Part shown: positions 8,518-19,130 of the stretch, piece by piece | Layout of the letters: every line of letters begins with the position of its first letter | Position numbering within the stretch: position 1 is the stretch's first letter | DNA from: Nitrospina sp. | GTDB taxonomy: Bacteria; Nitrospinota; Nitrospinia; Nitrospinales; Nitrospinaceae | NCBI GenBank assembly: GCA_004357435.1 | Contig: SMVS01000043.1 | Location: 1 to 43,823, forward strand | Length of the DNA stretch: 43,823 bases | Direction: 5' to 3' | Position numbers and translations under genes: made by a program | Notes under the pieces: generated by a model | The model's database searches: none | The model's input: the letters and a program-made list of their open reading frames with translations, nothing else | What the model was told of the DNA's origin: nothing

Positions 8518-8895
8518 ATGACAAAAAAATACTTTACCGTGGCGGAAGCCAATGCCCTGATTCCCGATTTGATGGAATGCGTTCCACGTTTGCAATCCCT
8601 TTATTCCAGCATGATGACTCAATTCCCTGACATGAAACAAGTGCGGGAGAAAGTAAACTTAAATAGTGGGAGTCCGCAGGGCGCAGAATACTTGCGGGTG
8701 GCGTTGACCGCTAACGAAGTCGTCAAACACTTTGAAGATATGGGATGTGTCTTGAAGGGGATTGAAAATGGCTTGGTAGATTTTCCAGCCATGCGGGAAG
8801 GGAAGGAAGTGCTTCTTTGCTGGAAAATGCCTGAAAAAGAAATCCTCTTCTGGCACGATCTGAACTCAGGGTTTACTGGCCGTCAGCCCATTTGA
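8518..8895 (+). CDS. DUF2203 domain protein
   Basis: MTKKYFTVAEANALIPDL...GCVLKGIENGLVDFPAMREGKEVLLCWKMPEKEILFWHDLNSGFTGRQPI matches the DUF2203 pattern. I prefer the ATG at 8518 over the TTG at 8431. Confidence 0.7.
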   Translation: MTKKYFTVAEANALIPDLMECVPRLQSLYSSMMTQFPDMKQVREKVNLNSGSPQGAEYLRVALTANEVVKHFEDMGCVLKGIENGLVDFPAMREGKEVLLCWKMPEKEILFWHDLNSGFTGRQPI

Positions 8896-8926
8896 CGAGC
8901 CTATCGGTGGCTTGCTTGACAGACTT

Positions 8927-9703
8927 TTATTTTCCCCGAGCGATCAATTGTTGCAGGCGTTTGACCAGCTTTGGATTGCCCGCCAGAGCGGTGCCCTCTT
9001 GGATACTGCCTTTTTTCCCTGAAAAATTTGCAAACGCGCCTCCGGCTTCTTCCACCAGAATTTTACAGGGTGCGTAATCCCATATGTAGGCTAGCGGATC
9101 GACCATAGCGTCCACCGCGCCGCGGACGGCCATCAAGTGACCGAAGGCGTCGGGATAAGTTCTGACCAGTTCCGCCTGTTGGTGTAGGTTTTGTACCAGG
9201 CCCAAGCGTTTTGTTTTCCGAAAACAATAGACATCCGCGATTCCCAGGGTGGCCCCTTGCAAAGTTTCGTGGGAAGAGACCTGCAAGCGTGAATTGCCGC
9301 AAAACGCGCCTTGGCCTTTGACAGCCCAGGCGGTTTCCTGCAATGCCGGCAGACAAATGATTCCCATGACCGGTTCTCCGTGACGCAACAGGGAAATGAG
9401 GGTGGCAAATAATGGCAGTCCCTGGATAAAAGACCGGGTGCCGTCTATGGGGTCTACCGTCCATACCCATTCCCGTTCCGCGTGCTCTTCACCAAACTCC
9501 TCGCCAATAATCCCATGGTCTGGGAACTCACGGGTGATGCACTTGCGCAGGTACTCTTCGGCTGTTCGGTCGGCCAGCGTCACCGGGCTCCGGTCGGCTT
9601 TGAGTTCTACCGCAATCCCCGACCGGAATGACTTCATGATTCCCCGGGTGGTGGGTTTCAACCATCTCAGGGCTGCGTCTTTGGCCTGCAGTAAATCCTT
9701 CAT
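8927..9703 (-). CDS. inositol monophosphatase family protein (HisN-like histidinol-phosphatase or SuhB-like)
   Basis: Motifs SPVTLADRTAEEYL, WTVDPIDGTRSFIQGLPLFATLISL and WDYAPCKILVEEAGG. Confidence 0.9.
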   Translation of the reverse strand: MKDLLQAKDAALRWLKPTTRGIMKSFRSGIAVELKADRSPVTLADRTAEEYLRKCITREFPDHGIIGEEFGEEHAEREWVWTVDPIDGTRSFIQGLPLFATLISLLRHGEPVMGIICLPALQETAWAVKGQGAFCGNSRLQVSSHETLQGATLGIADVYCFRKTKRLGLVQNLHQQAELVRTYPDAFGHLMAVRGAVDAMVDPLAYIWDYAPCKILVEEAGGAFANFSGKKGSIQEGTALAGNPKLVKRLQQLIARGK

Positions 9704-9873
9704 GAATTCCTTAAATCAATTTGGGCGATTGAACGGGCTGGCCGCCGGCGTTGCTCACGCCCGTTTATTATTTCCAATCCGGAAAAATAAATTGCTTTTA
9801 TATCACGGTAAACTATAATCTTTTTTCACTTTAATCCAAAAAAAATGTCTCACTCTTCTTACCCTTCTCATCC

Positions 9874-10773
9874 ATGAAAAACAAACAATTGGTTTTTGGC
9901 GTAATTTTCTGCTTTTTCATTGCGATGCTGTTTCTTCTGGTGATTGTCTGGGAAATCAAGAAGTCGATTGATTTCGATGAAAGAATGCGCTCCATTCAGG
10001 AAGACACCAAACAAATCACAATTGATGACAACCGTGATTTTAGTATTTACGAAACATTCACCGGGGACGATGCCCGAGAAATGATTTTAGTGCCGGAAGG
10101 CGTGTTCACGCGTGGCTCCAGCTCCGGAGGTTTTGATGAGAAGCCTCAGCAGGAAATTTATCTTGACGCCTTTTATGTTGATAAATATGAGGTCAGCGTA
10201 GAGGATTACAACCAGTTTCGCCGCGCCGCAAACTACATCGAACCTTCCGTTCCATTTTTCCAGGGGGATCACAATATTTTGAAAACGCCCAATTTCCCGG
10301 TGGTCGGGGTTTCCTGGTACGACGCGGTCAATTACTGCACCTGGGCCGGGAAGCGACTGTTGACGGAGGCGGAGTGGGAGAAAGCCGCCCGGGGAACCCA
10401 TGGCCTGACTTATCCCTGGGGCAACAGTTTTCTCCCCAAGAGGGCCAATATTGCGGGCACTGCCGATGAATACAAGTACATGTCTCCTGTAGGAAGTTTC
10501 CCCATGGGGCGCAGTGTTTATGGCGTGTATGATATGGCTGGCAATGCCTCAGAATGGGTTGAGGACTGGTACGATCAGTTTTCTTATAAAAATTCTGCCA
10601 TGATCAATCCCATCGGGGTGGAGACAAGCAAAAACCACGTGTTCCGGGGTGGCTCCTGGGATGCTCGTAAGGTGGATGCCCGGACCGCCAAGCGGTTTGC
10701 CGCCTCGCCCGGACGCAAAGACAGCATTGTCGGATTTCGATGCGGGTTGTCGGCCAAACCCACCTCCGGTTGA
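9874..10773 (+). CDS. formylglycine-generating-enzyme (FGE-sulfatase/SUMF1) domain protein, N-terminal TM anchor
   Basis: Motifs YVDKYEVSVEDY, VSWYDAVNYCTWAGKRLLTEAEWEKAARG, YPWGN, YDMAGNASEWVEDW, RGGSW...GFRC. Confidence 0.85.
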   Translation: MKNKQLVFGVIFCFFIAMLFLLVIVWEIKKSIDFDERMRSIQEDTKQITIDDNRDFSIYETFTGDDAREMILVPEGVFTRGSSSGGFDEKPQQEIYLDAFYVDKYEVSVEDYNQFRRAANYIEPSVPFFQGDHNILKTPNFPVVGVSWYDAVNYCTWAGKRLLTEAEWEKAARGTHGLTYPWGNSFLPKRANIAGTADEYKYMSPVGSFPMGRSVYGVYDMAGNASEWVEDWYDQFSYKNSAMINPIGVETSKNHVFRGGSWDARKVDARTAKRFAASPGRKDSIVGFRCGLSAKPTSG

Positions 10774-10803
10774 TCGCGCTGGAGCCTCACTTCATGGTCT
10801 CCC

Positions 10804-13620
10804 TTGAATCTTTCCCGCTATAAATTCTGGATTTTACTGTTCTTTTTCGCCTCCGGCTCAACGGGATTGATTTACGAGGTGGTGTGGACTCGCCTGCTAA
10901 CTCTGGTCATGGGCAATACCCATTACTCCATTGCCACCGTTCTCACCACGTTCATGGCGGGTTTGGCCTTGGGCAGTTATTGGGGAGGACGCTGGATCGA
11001 CCGCCAGGGCAACCCCCTGATGATTTATGCCTTTCTGGAAGCGCTCATTGGGATTTATTGTTTCCTGATCCCGCACCTCATAGATTTGGCTCTGCCCCTG
11101 TTCAAGTGGATTTACATCAATTTCCAGGATTCGTACACCGCGGCAAGTTTTCTCAGGTTTTTGATTTGCGCCGGGATACTTATTCTCCCGGCATCTTTAA
11201 TGGGCGCCACTCTGCCGATCATGGGAAAGTTTGTGACCCGCGATTCGGAAAGGATCGGCCGGGAAGTGGGGACTCTCTATGCGGTCAATACCCTGGGTGC
11301 TGTGGTGGGCGCCTTCGTCAGCGCTTTTGTGTTGATGCGTCTTTTGGGGATTCAAGCGACTATTTGGGTGGCGGCAGGTCTCAATCTCGCCATCGCTTTT
11401 ACCATCATTCTATTTTTTAGAAGCCCCTGGTCTGACCGGCAAGGGGTTGCCTCGGAAGACGCCGCCACCACAAGGCCCTTGAGCGGCATGGAAAAAGCCG
11501 TTCTGATGGTGTTCGGTTTTTCCGGTGTGACCGCTCTGGTTTACCAGGTGGCCTGGAACCGGATATTTTCCCTCCTGTTGGGCTCCTCAGTCTACGCGTT
11601 CAGCTTGATCCTCACGGCCTTCATCTTGGGCCTGGCCTTGGGGACTCTCACTTTTTCGCGATGGTGCAACCGGTTCAGGGACTTGCTGAAAGTCTTTGGG
11701 TTGTTGCAATTGGGCATTGGACTGTCCGCTCTCATCGCAGTGCCATTTTTCAGCTCCATCCCGCTGGTCAACCGCTGGGTCTATTTAAACTGGGGGCTGG
11801 GATTTTCATCGATCCAATGGGCCAACTTTTTGATCATCTTCACGCTGATTTTTATCCCGACCTTTTTAATGGGGGGGCAATTCCCGGTGGTCATCAAACT
11901 GGTGGCCCACCGCCTGTCTTCCCTGGGACGGCATGTGGGCACGGCCTACGCCTGCAATACGATCGGGACCATCTTCGGTTCCTTTATCGGGGGGTTTCTG
12001 TTGATTCCCTGGCTGGGCGTTCAGAAGACTATTATTGCCGCTATTTTGGTCAATGCGGTGCTGGGCATTTTTTTACTTGTGAAATCAAAGAGCCTGTCGA
12101 TTCAGGCTAAATACTACGTCCTGCCCGGTGTGCTGCTGCTTTTCGTATTCTGCGCCCGTGGGATGGCGCCGTGGGACAAGGCGGTGATTTCCAGTGGGTC
12201 TTTCATGCCTTACCGCATTGCGGATTTGGCCGGGGCGTTGTCGCGGGAAAATAAATTATTGTTTTACAAGGAAGGCATCCACACCACGGTGACGACCGAG
12301 TTGGCGGTGACCGGCAACATATTTCTTCGCGTCAACGGTAAAACAGATGCCTCCCTGGCCATGGACATGCGCACTCAACTGCTGTCCGGTTACCTGCCGA
12401 TGTTTTTTCATGACGATCCAAAATCGGTTCTGGTGGTGGGGCAGGGCAGTGGGGTGACATTAGGAGCGGTGGAGCAGTTTCCGGTGCGGGAGATCGATCT
12501 GGTGGAAATTTCGCCAGCGGTCATTGAAGGGAGCCGCTTCTTTTCACCGTTCAACCACCAGGCGTTGGACGACTCCAGAGTGCGTTTGATTTTGGAGGAT
12601 GGGCGCCATCACCTGACCCACAGCGATAAAAAATACGACGTCATCATATCCGAACCATCCAACCCCTGGATATCGGGCGTCGGCGCTTTGTTCACCGTGG
12701 AATTTTATCAAAAAGTAAAATCCCGTTTGAATCCTGGCGGGATCGTGTGCATCTGGGCACACACCAACATGTCGCCAGAGAGTTTTAAGTCGATCGCCAA
12801 AGCGTTTCATTCGGTGTTTCCTTTTGTCACCCTTTGGGAATCCGTAGTGGGGGATGATTATTTGCTGATCGGTTCTACTCAGCCTTATTACCTGCCCTAT
12901 GAAAAAGTGGACCGATATTTACGCAATTCAGTCGGAGGCGAGGATTTAAAACGATTGGGGATTGGCAGTGTCCGCGACCTGATGGGCCTCATGATGATGG
13001 ATCAGAGCCGGCTGAAAAAATTTATTGAGGGGGCCCCCATACATACGGATGACAATTCGCTGTTGGAATTTGGCGCGCCGGAATACATCTACAAGGATGA
13101 GCGGCATATCATTGTCCGGCAACTCACGCCTTTCTTTAAGTCCTCTCCTGAATTTTTAAAGTTCAGCGAATTGGAAGAGGGCGCGCGTGACCGCGTTAGA
13201 AAAGATATCGCCTCTCTGGAGCGTACCGAAACCCAGGTGAAGGAAATCAAACGCAATGCTCGCATTGACCAATTTCTTGACCAGGCGGTGGCGGCTGTGG
13301 AGCGTGGCGCTTATGAAAGTGCCGTTCAATTGTATTTGAAAATTTTGCGGGGTGAACCGCGACATGTTCTCACCCATCTCAATCTGGGAAATGTTTTTGT
13401 GGCGGTTCAGGAATATGAAAAAGCGGAGCGGGAGTATCGGATAACCTTGGAGATCAATCCCTATTATTATTTTGGAGCGGTATCCCTGGCGCGGCTGTAC
13501 CTCCAAACCGGCAAGCCGGAGCGGGCTGAAGCGGTTCTGAAAAAAATGTCCACCTGGTTTCCCGGTGATTCAACTCTCGTGCAATTATTAAAACGGACCC
13601 AGAGGGGAAAGCCATCCTAG
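10804..13620 (+). CDS. fused polytopic membrane (MFS-like) / spermidine synthase-like protein with C-terminal TPR repeats
   Basis: 938 aa. The N-terminal multi-TM region begins GLIYEVVWTRLL. The SpeE-like methyltransferase fold reads VVGQGSGVTLG...DLVEISPAV...YDVIISEPSNPW. TPR repeats at the C-terminus. TTG start. Confidence 0.85.
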   Translation: MNLSRYKFWILLFFFASGSTGLIYEVVWTRLLTLVMGNTHYSIATVLTTFMAGLALGSYWGGRWIDRQGNPLMIYAFLEALIGIYCFLIPHLIDLALPLFKWIYINFQDSYTAASFLRFLICAGILILPASLMGATLPIMGKFVTRDSERIGREVGTLYAVNTLGAVVGAFVSAFVLMRLLGIQATIWVAAGLNLAIAFTIILFFRSPWSDRQGVASEDAATTRPLSGMEKAVLMVFGFSGVTALVYQVAWNRIFSLLLGSSVYAFSLILTAFILGLALGTLTFSRWCNRFRDLLKVFGLLQLGIGLSALIAVPFFSSIPLVNRWVYLNWGLGFSSIQWANFLIIFTLIFIPTFLMGGQFPVVIKLVAHRLSSLGRHVGTAYACNTIGTIFGSFIGGFLLIPWLGVQKTIIAAILVNAVLGIFLLVKSKSLSIQAKYYVLPGVLLLFVFCARGMAPWDKAVISSGSFMPYRIADLAGALSRENKLLFYKEGIHTTVTTELAVTGNIFLRVNGKTDASLAMDMRTQLLSGYLPMFFHDDPKSVLVVGQGSGVTLGAVEQFPVREIDLVEISPAVIEGSRFFSPFNHQALDDSRVRLILEDGRHHLTHSDKKYDVIISEPSNPWISGVGALFTVEFYQKVKSRLNPGGIVCIWAHTNMSPESFKSIAKAFHSVFPFVTLWESVVGDDYLLIGSTQPYYLPYEKVDRYLRNSVGGEDLKRLGIGSVRDLMGLMMMDQSRLKKFIEGAPIHTDDNSLLEFGAPEYIYKDERHIIVRQLTPFFKSSPEFLKFSELEEGARDRVRKDIASLERTETQVKEIKRNARIDQFLDQAVAAVERGAYESAVQLYLKILRGEPRHVLTHLNLGNVFVAVQEYEKAEREYRITLEINPYYYFGAVSLARLYLQTGKPERAEAVLKKMSTWFPGDSTLVQLLKRTQRGKPS

Positions 13621-13726
13621 ATTCTAATTTTGACTAAAAGAAATTTTGATACCGAAAGATGAGTTCTGTATACTTCTCATTTGCATTTAAGCCATTTATT
13701 ACTCATCCCCTGAAAAAAGCTGATTC

Positions 13727-14470
13727 ATGCCAAAATCGATAAAAATTCTTTGGGCCGTTTGCGCCGTGTTGGTCCTTTTTACATTTTTTTATATGTCCCT
13801 GCAAAATCAAATGAAGGCCGCCCAAAAGCGTGATCTGGAGAATCGTGCCGAGAACCTCCAAAAATATGAGGCAAAGAAAGCCCGGTTTGAAGCCAAAATA
13901 CAGACGGCGGAGATGATTTCCGAGATCAAAGAATTGAATGCCTCGGGGCGTTATATGGATGCCGCCGTCGTGGCTCAAAAAACGGTTGAACTGGACCCAC
14001 AGAATTCACGAGCCTTCACATGGTGGGGAATTTCCCTGGTTAAAATGGGCAAGAAGGCTGAAGCCGTGGAAAAATTTATTCATTCCGCGCGATTGGATCC
14101 GAACCACGCCAAGACTTATATTTATTGGGGATTGACCCTGGCCATTGAAGAAAAATATCAGGACGCCATTGATAAATATGAAAATGCCCTTCTGCTGGAA
14201 CCGGAGAACAGCGATATTTATACCTATTGGGGCGGCGCTCTGGTGAAGCAAGGGAAATATGATGAGGCGATCGCCAAACTGAAAGAAGCGCTGAATTTTA
14301 ATTCCAATAATGAATTGGCCTACGGTCTCCTGGTGGATTCCCAATATCATACGGGAAATTACTCTAAAGCCTGGCAGACCGTGGCCCGGGCCCGCAAGCA
14401 GAAAGTCATCATTGCGGAAGCCTCGTTACAGCGGTTGGCTTCTGCGAGTCCAGAATCCGCTAGCCGTTGA
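13727..14470 (+). CDS. TPR repeat protein with N-terminal TM anchor
   Basis: 247 aa with repeated A..W/Y G..L...G....A...F..A+.L+P patterns. Confidence 0.8.
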   Translation: MPKSIKILWAVCAVLVLFTFFYMSLQNQMKAAQKRDLENRAENLQKYEAKKARFEAKIQTAEMISEIKELNASGRYMDAAVVAQKTVELDPQNSRAFTWWGISLVKMGKKAEAVEKFIHSARLDPNHAKTYIYWGLTLAIEEKYQDAIDKYENALLLEPENSDIYTYWGGALVKQGKYDEAIAKLKEALNFNSNNELAYGLLVDSQYHTGNYSKAWQTVARARKQKVIIAEASLQRLASASPESASR

Positions 14471-14571
14471 ACGGGTTCACCCCTTTTGATATATTGAGAA
14501 AGTACCTTTAGCCTTCCACTCAACGGGGCACTGATCTGCCCAGCCGGATTTCCTTTTACGAGATATTTTTC

Positions 14572-15555
14572 ATGCTCAAGCTCACCCTAAAATCAGGTTC
14601 CTTAATTCGGGTGGGGTTTTTCCTGATCTTCTCCGTGATTTTTTTTACGTTCCCCGCCAACCCCCTTTGGGCTCAGCTGGATCCTGATGACGCAATAAAC
14701 TCCCCTGATGAAATCCCCGTGTATTGGACGGTCGTCCATCATGAGACCGTGATGGTGGAGGATATTGTGGTTTCACAGGTGGCACCGGTCCTTCAATCCG
14801 TACCCGCCTTGGACATTGAAGAGACGGCCTTGCCTTTGGAGGGGCAAGACTTGGAAGGTTCTGATGCGTTGCCAGAAGAATCGGCGGATCCCTTTGACGA
14901 CGACCCGTTTGAGGAAGATCCGTTTGCGGCGGAAGAAGTGGTGATTCCGTCGATTGCTGATCCTTTCCAGGGATTCAACCGGGCCGTGTACGGCGTCAAC
15001 GATGGTATCTATGAATATTTCATGAGGCCGGTGGCGGAAACCTATCGGGGAGTGGTCAACGAGGATTTTCGAATGGCCATTAGGAATATTTTTAACAACG
15101 CTTTGATTCCAACGAAGTTTTTGAGCTCCCTGGTTCAGGGGAAATGGGATAAAGCCGGCCGCGTGATCAGCCGCGGGCTGATCAATATAATATTTGGGGT
15201 GGGAGGCGCTTTGGATGTCGCTGGCCAGGAATACGGCATCGAAGATGTCGATGAAGATTTCGCGCAAGCTCTTGGCTTCCACGGAATTCCTTCAGGACCG
15301 TATATCGTCTTGCCATTATTAGGACCTTCTTCGGTGCGGCACACAGTGGGGCGGGCGGTGGACATGGTTTTGAATCCTCTTTTTTTCTTTTCTCCCGGGT
15401 TTTGGGAAAGCGCTGCTATGACTGGCGGCAACATGATCAATGGCGTCACCTTTTACATCGACGATATTAAAGCCCTTAAAGAGGGCGCGATCGACCCTTA
15501 CGAAAGTATTCAGGATTTTTATCACCAAAGACGCGAAATCCTGATCCAGAATTGA
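14572..15555 (+). CDS. mlaA: MlaA/VacJ family lipid-asymmetry outer-membrane protein
   Basis: [28 protein letters not shown]...[21 protein letters not shown]...[15 protein letters not shown] matches MlaA. An acidic insert follows the signal peptide. Confidence 0.85.
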   Translation: MLKLTLKSGSLIRVGFFLIFSVIFFTFPANPLWAQLDPDDAINSPDEIPVYWTVVHHETVMVEDIVVSQVAPVLQSVPALDIEETALPLEGQDLEGSDALPEESADPFDDDPFEEDPFAAEEVVIPSIADPFQGFNRAVYGVNDGIYEYFMRPVAETYRGVVNEDFRMAIRNIFNNALIPTKFLSSLVQGKWDKAGRVISRGLINIIFGVGGALDVAGQEYGIEDVDEDFAQALGFHGIPSGPYIVLPLLGPSSVRHTVGRAVDMVLNPLFFFSPGFWESAAMTGGNMINGVTFYIDDIKALKEGAIDPYESIQDFYHQRREILIQN

Positions 15556-15718
15556 TGTTCGCTGGTCCCCCCGGCAAGACTGGCAACCGCCCGCCACCCC
15601 AAAATTTTGCGAAATTATAGGTTTTGAATTAAAATCTCCTTTCATCTTTTATATTATAGTCATTAACGACCCTTGGTTGTGCCAGCCCATGGGGAGTTTT
15701 ATTCAATTAAATTTGTTT

Positions 15719-17905
15719 ATGGAAAAAATGGAAACCAAAAAATTTAAAAACCGATTGTCTGAGGAAATCAGCCCCTATTTGCTTCAGCATGCCAGCAATC
15801 CTGTTGATTGGCATCCCTGGGGGCCGGAAGCCCTGGCGAAGGCCAAGCAGGAAGACAAACCTATCTTCCTGAGCATTGGCTATTCTTCCTGCCACTGGTG
15901 TCATGTCATGGCTCACGAGTCGTTTGAAAATGAAGAAACGGCCGGGATTATGAATGAGCTTTTCATAAACATCAAAGTGGACCGCGAGGAGCGGCCCGAT
16001 ATCGACGCCATTTATATGAAGTCGGTGATCTTGATGAATGGGCATGGAGGTTGGCCGATGAGTGTATTTCTTACACCCGACCAGCAACCTTATTCTGGCG
16101 GTACTTATTTCCCCCCGGTTCCGAAATACAACCGGCCCGGTTTTCCGCAAATTCTGCAACAGGCTTCGGACCTGTATCACAATCAAAAAGCGCAATTGCA
16201 ATCCCGCTCCAAACGATTATTGGAAAACATAAATACCCCCCCCGTCACTCCACGGGTTGAACCGTCATCGGCGCATCAGTTGATTTCTAAAACCGCGAAG
16301 ATGATGGCTGAACGGTTTGACGAAACTCATGGCGGGTTCGGGTCTGGGATGAAGTTTCCCGAGCCGATGGTTCATTCTTTACTCCTTCGGCATTGGTTTC
16401 ATGCGGAGTCGAACGACGCTCTCATGATGACGGACAAGAGCCTGACCAAAATGGCGGAAGGCGGCATTTACGATCAATTGGGCGGTGGATTCCATCGCTA
16501 TTCCACCGACCGCCAATGGTTGGCGCCACATTTTGAGAAAATGCTGTACGACAACGCCCTCCTGGCGAAGTTGTACCTGGAATGTTTTCAGGCGACCAAA
16601 CAAGAAATTTACCAACTCATTCCCGGGGAAATTTTTGATTATGTCCTGCGGGAAATGACTTCCCCGGAAGGGGGCTTTTATTCCAGTCAGGATGCGGATA
16701 CGGAGGGCGTTGAGGGTACGTATTTTTTATGGGATATGAAGGAGGTGCTCGACTTGCTGGGGCCCCGCAACGCCAAAGTGTTTGCTCGCGCCTACGGTAT
16801 AACGGCCACAGGAAACTTTGAGCGCAGAAATATTCTTCATGTTAATGATGCTTTGGAAAAAATTTCCAAAGAGGAAGACATACCTATTTTTGAAGTCGAT
16901 CACATCGTCAAAACCGGGAAAAAAGCCTTGTTCGATGTCCGGGAACAACGCTCCAAGCCCGGACGCGATGATAAAGTTCTCACCGGCTGGAACGGTCTCA
17001 TGATCACGGCGCTGGCTACCGGCTATTCTGTTCTCAGGGGAAAGCGGTCCCTTGACGCGGCGGTTCAATGCGGTGATTTCATTTGGCAGACTATGTGGGT
17101 GCCTGGTGCATTGTTCCGTGTGTTCAAGGAGGGGCAGGTCCGGGTCAATGGTTGCCTGGAAGATTATGCTTATCTTTTGGAAGGCTTCCTGGCACTTTAT
17201 GAAGCTTCGTTCAATACGGTTTGGCTGGAGCGGTCCACCGCATTAGCGGACGCGATGATTGCCAGGCTTTGGGATGAAAAGTCGGGTGGGTTTTTTATTT
17301 CCGATAATGAAGCCTTGGTGGCCCGACTTAAAAATCCCGAAGACGAGGCCATTCCTTCGGGCAATGCGGTGGCGGCCATGAGTTTGTCTAGGCTGGGGCA
17401 CTTGACGGGAAAACCCATTTATACGGAAAAGGGCAAGGCCACGGTGCAGGCGTTTCGGGATGAGATAGAACATCGGCCCACAGCATTTTGCGGATTGCTC
17501 GCCGCGCTGAATTTTCAGGAATCCTCCCAGCTGGAAATTGTATTGGCAGGAGAACCCGGGGACCCGGTTTATAAAGAAATGCTGGAAGTCATTTACAAAG
17601 ATTACCGGCCGCAAAAAGTCGTGGCCGGTTATCAGGGCGAAGAATCTGTGCGTTGGGTTCCCTGGATGGCGGGCCGCAAAGAAATCGCAGGGCAACCCAC
17701 GGTTTACGTTTGTAAAGATCAAACCTGCCATCCCCCGGTACACAGCGCGGAAGCACTGGACAATCTTTTGGGTCCGCCTCCGCGAATCCAGATTAATATT
17801 TTTGATGAAGAGAAAAAGATAAAGGACATGCAATCCAGGGAGCAAGATCAATTCTTGAATGCCATGTCCTCTATCTTCAAATATTCCGGACTCGGTAAAA
17901 AATAA
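15719..17905 (+). CDS. thioredoxin-domain protein, YyaL/DUF255 family (thioredoxin-like plus six-hairpin domain)
   Basis: [59 protein letters not shown] is the DUF255 signature. I prefer the ATG at 15719; the ORF track starts at 15677. Confidence 0.9.
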   Translation: MEKMETKKFKNRLSEEISPYLLQHASNPVDWHPWGPEALAKAKQEDKPIFLSIGYSSCHWCHVMAHESFENEETAGIMNELFINIKVDREERPDIDAIYMKSVILMNGHGGWPMSVFLTPDQQPYSGGTYFPPVPKYNRPGFPQILQQASDLYHNQKAQLQSRSKRLLENINTPPVTPRVEPSSAHQLISKTAKMMAERFDETHGGFGSGMKFPEPMVHSLLLRHWFHAESNDALMMTDKSLTKMAEGGIYDQLGGGFHRYSTDRQWLAPHFEKMLYDNALLAKLYLECFQATKQEIYQLIPGEIFDYVLREMTSPEGGFYSSQDADTEGVEGTYFLWDMKEVLDLLGPRNAKVFARAYGITATGNFERRNILHVNDALEKISKEEDIPIFEVDHIVKTGKKALFDVREQRSKPGRDDKVLTGWNGLMITALATGYSVLRGKRSLDAAVQCGDFIWQTMWVPGALFRVFKEGQVRVNGCLEDYAYLLEGFLALYEASFNTVWLERSTALADAMIARLWDEKSGGFFISDNEALVARLKNPEDEAIPSGNAVAAMSLSRLGHLTGKPIYTEKGKATVQAFRDEIEHRPTAFCGLLAALNFQESSQLEIVLAGEPGDPVYKEMLEVIYKDYRPQKVVAGYQGEESVRWVPWMAGRKEIAGQPTVYVCKDQTCHPPVHSAEALDNLLGPPPRIQINIFDEEKKIKDMQSREQDQFLNAMSSIFKYSGLGKK

Positions 17906-17920
17906 CTGATTGAAGAAAGC

Positions 17921-18493
17921 TCAGTGGTGGAGCGACAACTCGATCACGTCCAGCACCAAATGGGTTCCTACTTCCAAAAGTAGAATCTGGTTGTTGATGA
18001 TCACCCGCTCTGTGTTTGGCGGCGGCGGCGGTAATCGGGATTCCAAATCCCGGGGGAAGGCACGCTTTTGCAATCCCGGTGGCAAACGGCCGCCTTTTTT
18101 GGCCAATCCGGGAGGCATGCCCTTGTGCTTGCCGCGACCTTTTTCCCAGTTCTTGTTTTTCTTATGTTTCCCCCGGCGATCATCATCGTAATCCATACGA
18201 TGGCTTCGATAATAATCTTCAATGATATGTCGTTGCCTTGCATCGAAAATAATATGGGCCGCGATATGGGGAGTGACCAGGGGCGTGACCGCACGATGTT
18301 TGAGTGCATGGGGTGCCGACGAATGGGCTGGCGGGCCGTGACCCCGGCCATGATGGCGGGGTTCGAGAATGACGCACCCGGTAGTCAGGGCGCCGATGAG
18401 AAACAGCGCCAGTCCACCCAAAGTCAGGGTTTTAAGGTTTAAAGGAGCACTCTCCGGTAAGCTTTCACCGTCTCTTTTTACTTCAGCAAGCAT
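17921..18493 (-). CDS. His-rich lipoprotein with CigR/RcnB-like C-terminal region (tentative)
   Basis: Lipobox LTTGC. His-rich stretch HHGRGHGPPAHSSAPHALKH. The C-terminus GMPPGLAKKGGRLPPGLQKR...PPPPNTERVIINNQILLLEVGTHLVLDVIEL resembles the RcnB/CigR family. Confidence 0.55.
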   Translation of the reverse strand: MLAEVKRDGESLPESAPLNLKTLTLGGLALFLIGALTTGCVILEPRHHGRGHGPPAHSSAPHALKHRAVTPLVTPHIAAHIIFDARQRHIIEDYYRSHRMDYDDDRRGKHKKNKNWEKGRGKHKGMPPGLAKKGGRLPPGLQKRAFPRDLESRLPPPPPNTERVIINNQILLLEVGTHLVLDVIELSLHH

Positions 18494-18659
18494 CTATTTA
18501 TTCTCCGTATATTGTGGCAGATGAATATTAAAAAGTCCGCAACCTGTTGATATTTATTATCAAGCAATTATTCCGGTTTTGCAAAATTAATCAGGAAGGA
18601 ATTGTAACCGGCGCGGTTAAAAAAGCGTATTCAAGCTTGGAGAATTTCGAAATTGAAGA

Positions 18660-19127
18660 TTAAAACTCCAGTTCGTAGACGTGGTAACCGGCATGAACCA
18701 TGCCCAGACGGCGGTAAACGTTCTTTCCAATTTGGTTGTCGGCTTCCACATACAAGCGGAGTCCGCGGACCTTGGGATAATTTTGCGCGATCAATCGAAT
18801 GTGCTGGAATAATTCGCGGAAGATGCCGCGCCGGCGGTGATCGGGATGCACATAAACGCTTTGAATCCACCACAACTCGCCGTTCCTCCAGTCACTCCAC
18901 TCATAAGTGATCATGGCCTGACCGATTACCAGGCCATCGACTTCGGCCACAAAGTAGCGGCACAGGTTGGGCTGGGCCAGCCCGGCCTGCACTCCCTTGA
19001 GGACCGTCACCGCATCCAGTTCTTTATTCTCCGTCTCCCTGGCCATAGAACGGTTATATTCAGCGATGCAATGGGCGTCTTCCGGTCGTGCTTCCCGGAT
19101 GGTGGGTTGGCGAGGTGAGACGGTCAT
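18660..19127 (-). CDS. GNAT family N-acetyltransferase
   Basis: IREARPEDAHCIAEY...VYVHPDHRRRGIFRELF shows the acetyl-CoA-binding motif. Confidence 0.85.
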   Translation of the reverse strand: MTVSPRQPTIREARPEDAHCIAEYNRSMARETENKELDAVTVLKGVQAGLAQPNLCRYFVAEVDGLVIGQAMITYEWSDWRNGELWWIQSVYVHPDHRRRGIFRELFQHIRLIAQNYPKVRGLRLYVEADNQIGKNVYRRLGMVHAGYHVYELEF

Positions 19128-19130
19128 TTT

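Noticed and set aside
10884-12110. The same-strand alternative-frame ORFs 10884-11420 and 11661-12110 inside the fused spermidine-synthase-like gene.
   Set aside because: They are out of frame with a continuous 938-aa ORF that has coherent TM and SpeE-like motifs. Their products are Gly/Arg/Pro-rich nonsense.
17243-17851. A 202-aa antisense ORF inside the YyaL gene. Similar cases are 4027-4524 in gltA, 14773-15282 in mlaA, 15707-16201 in the YyaL gene, 28320-28865 in rph and 34916-35617 in pyrD.
   Set aside because: Each is fully embedded opposite a confidently identified gene and has no recognisable domain. I treat them as shadow ORFs.
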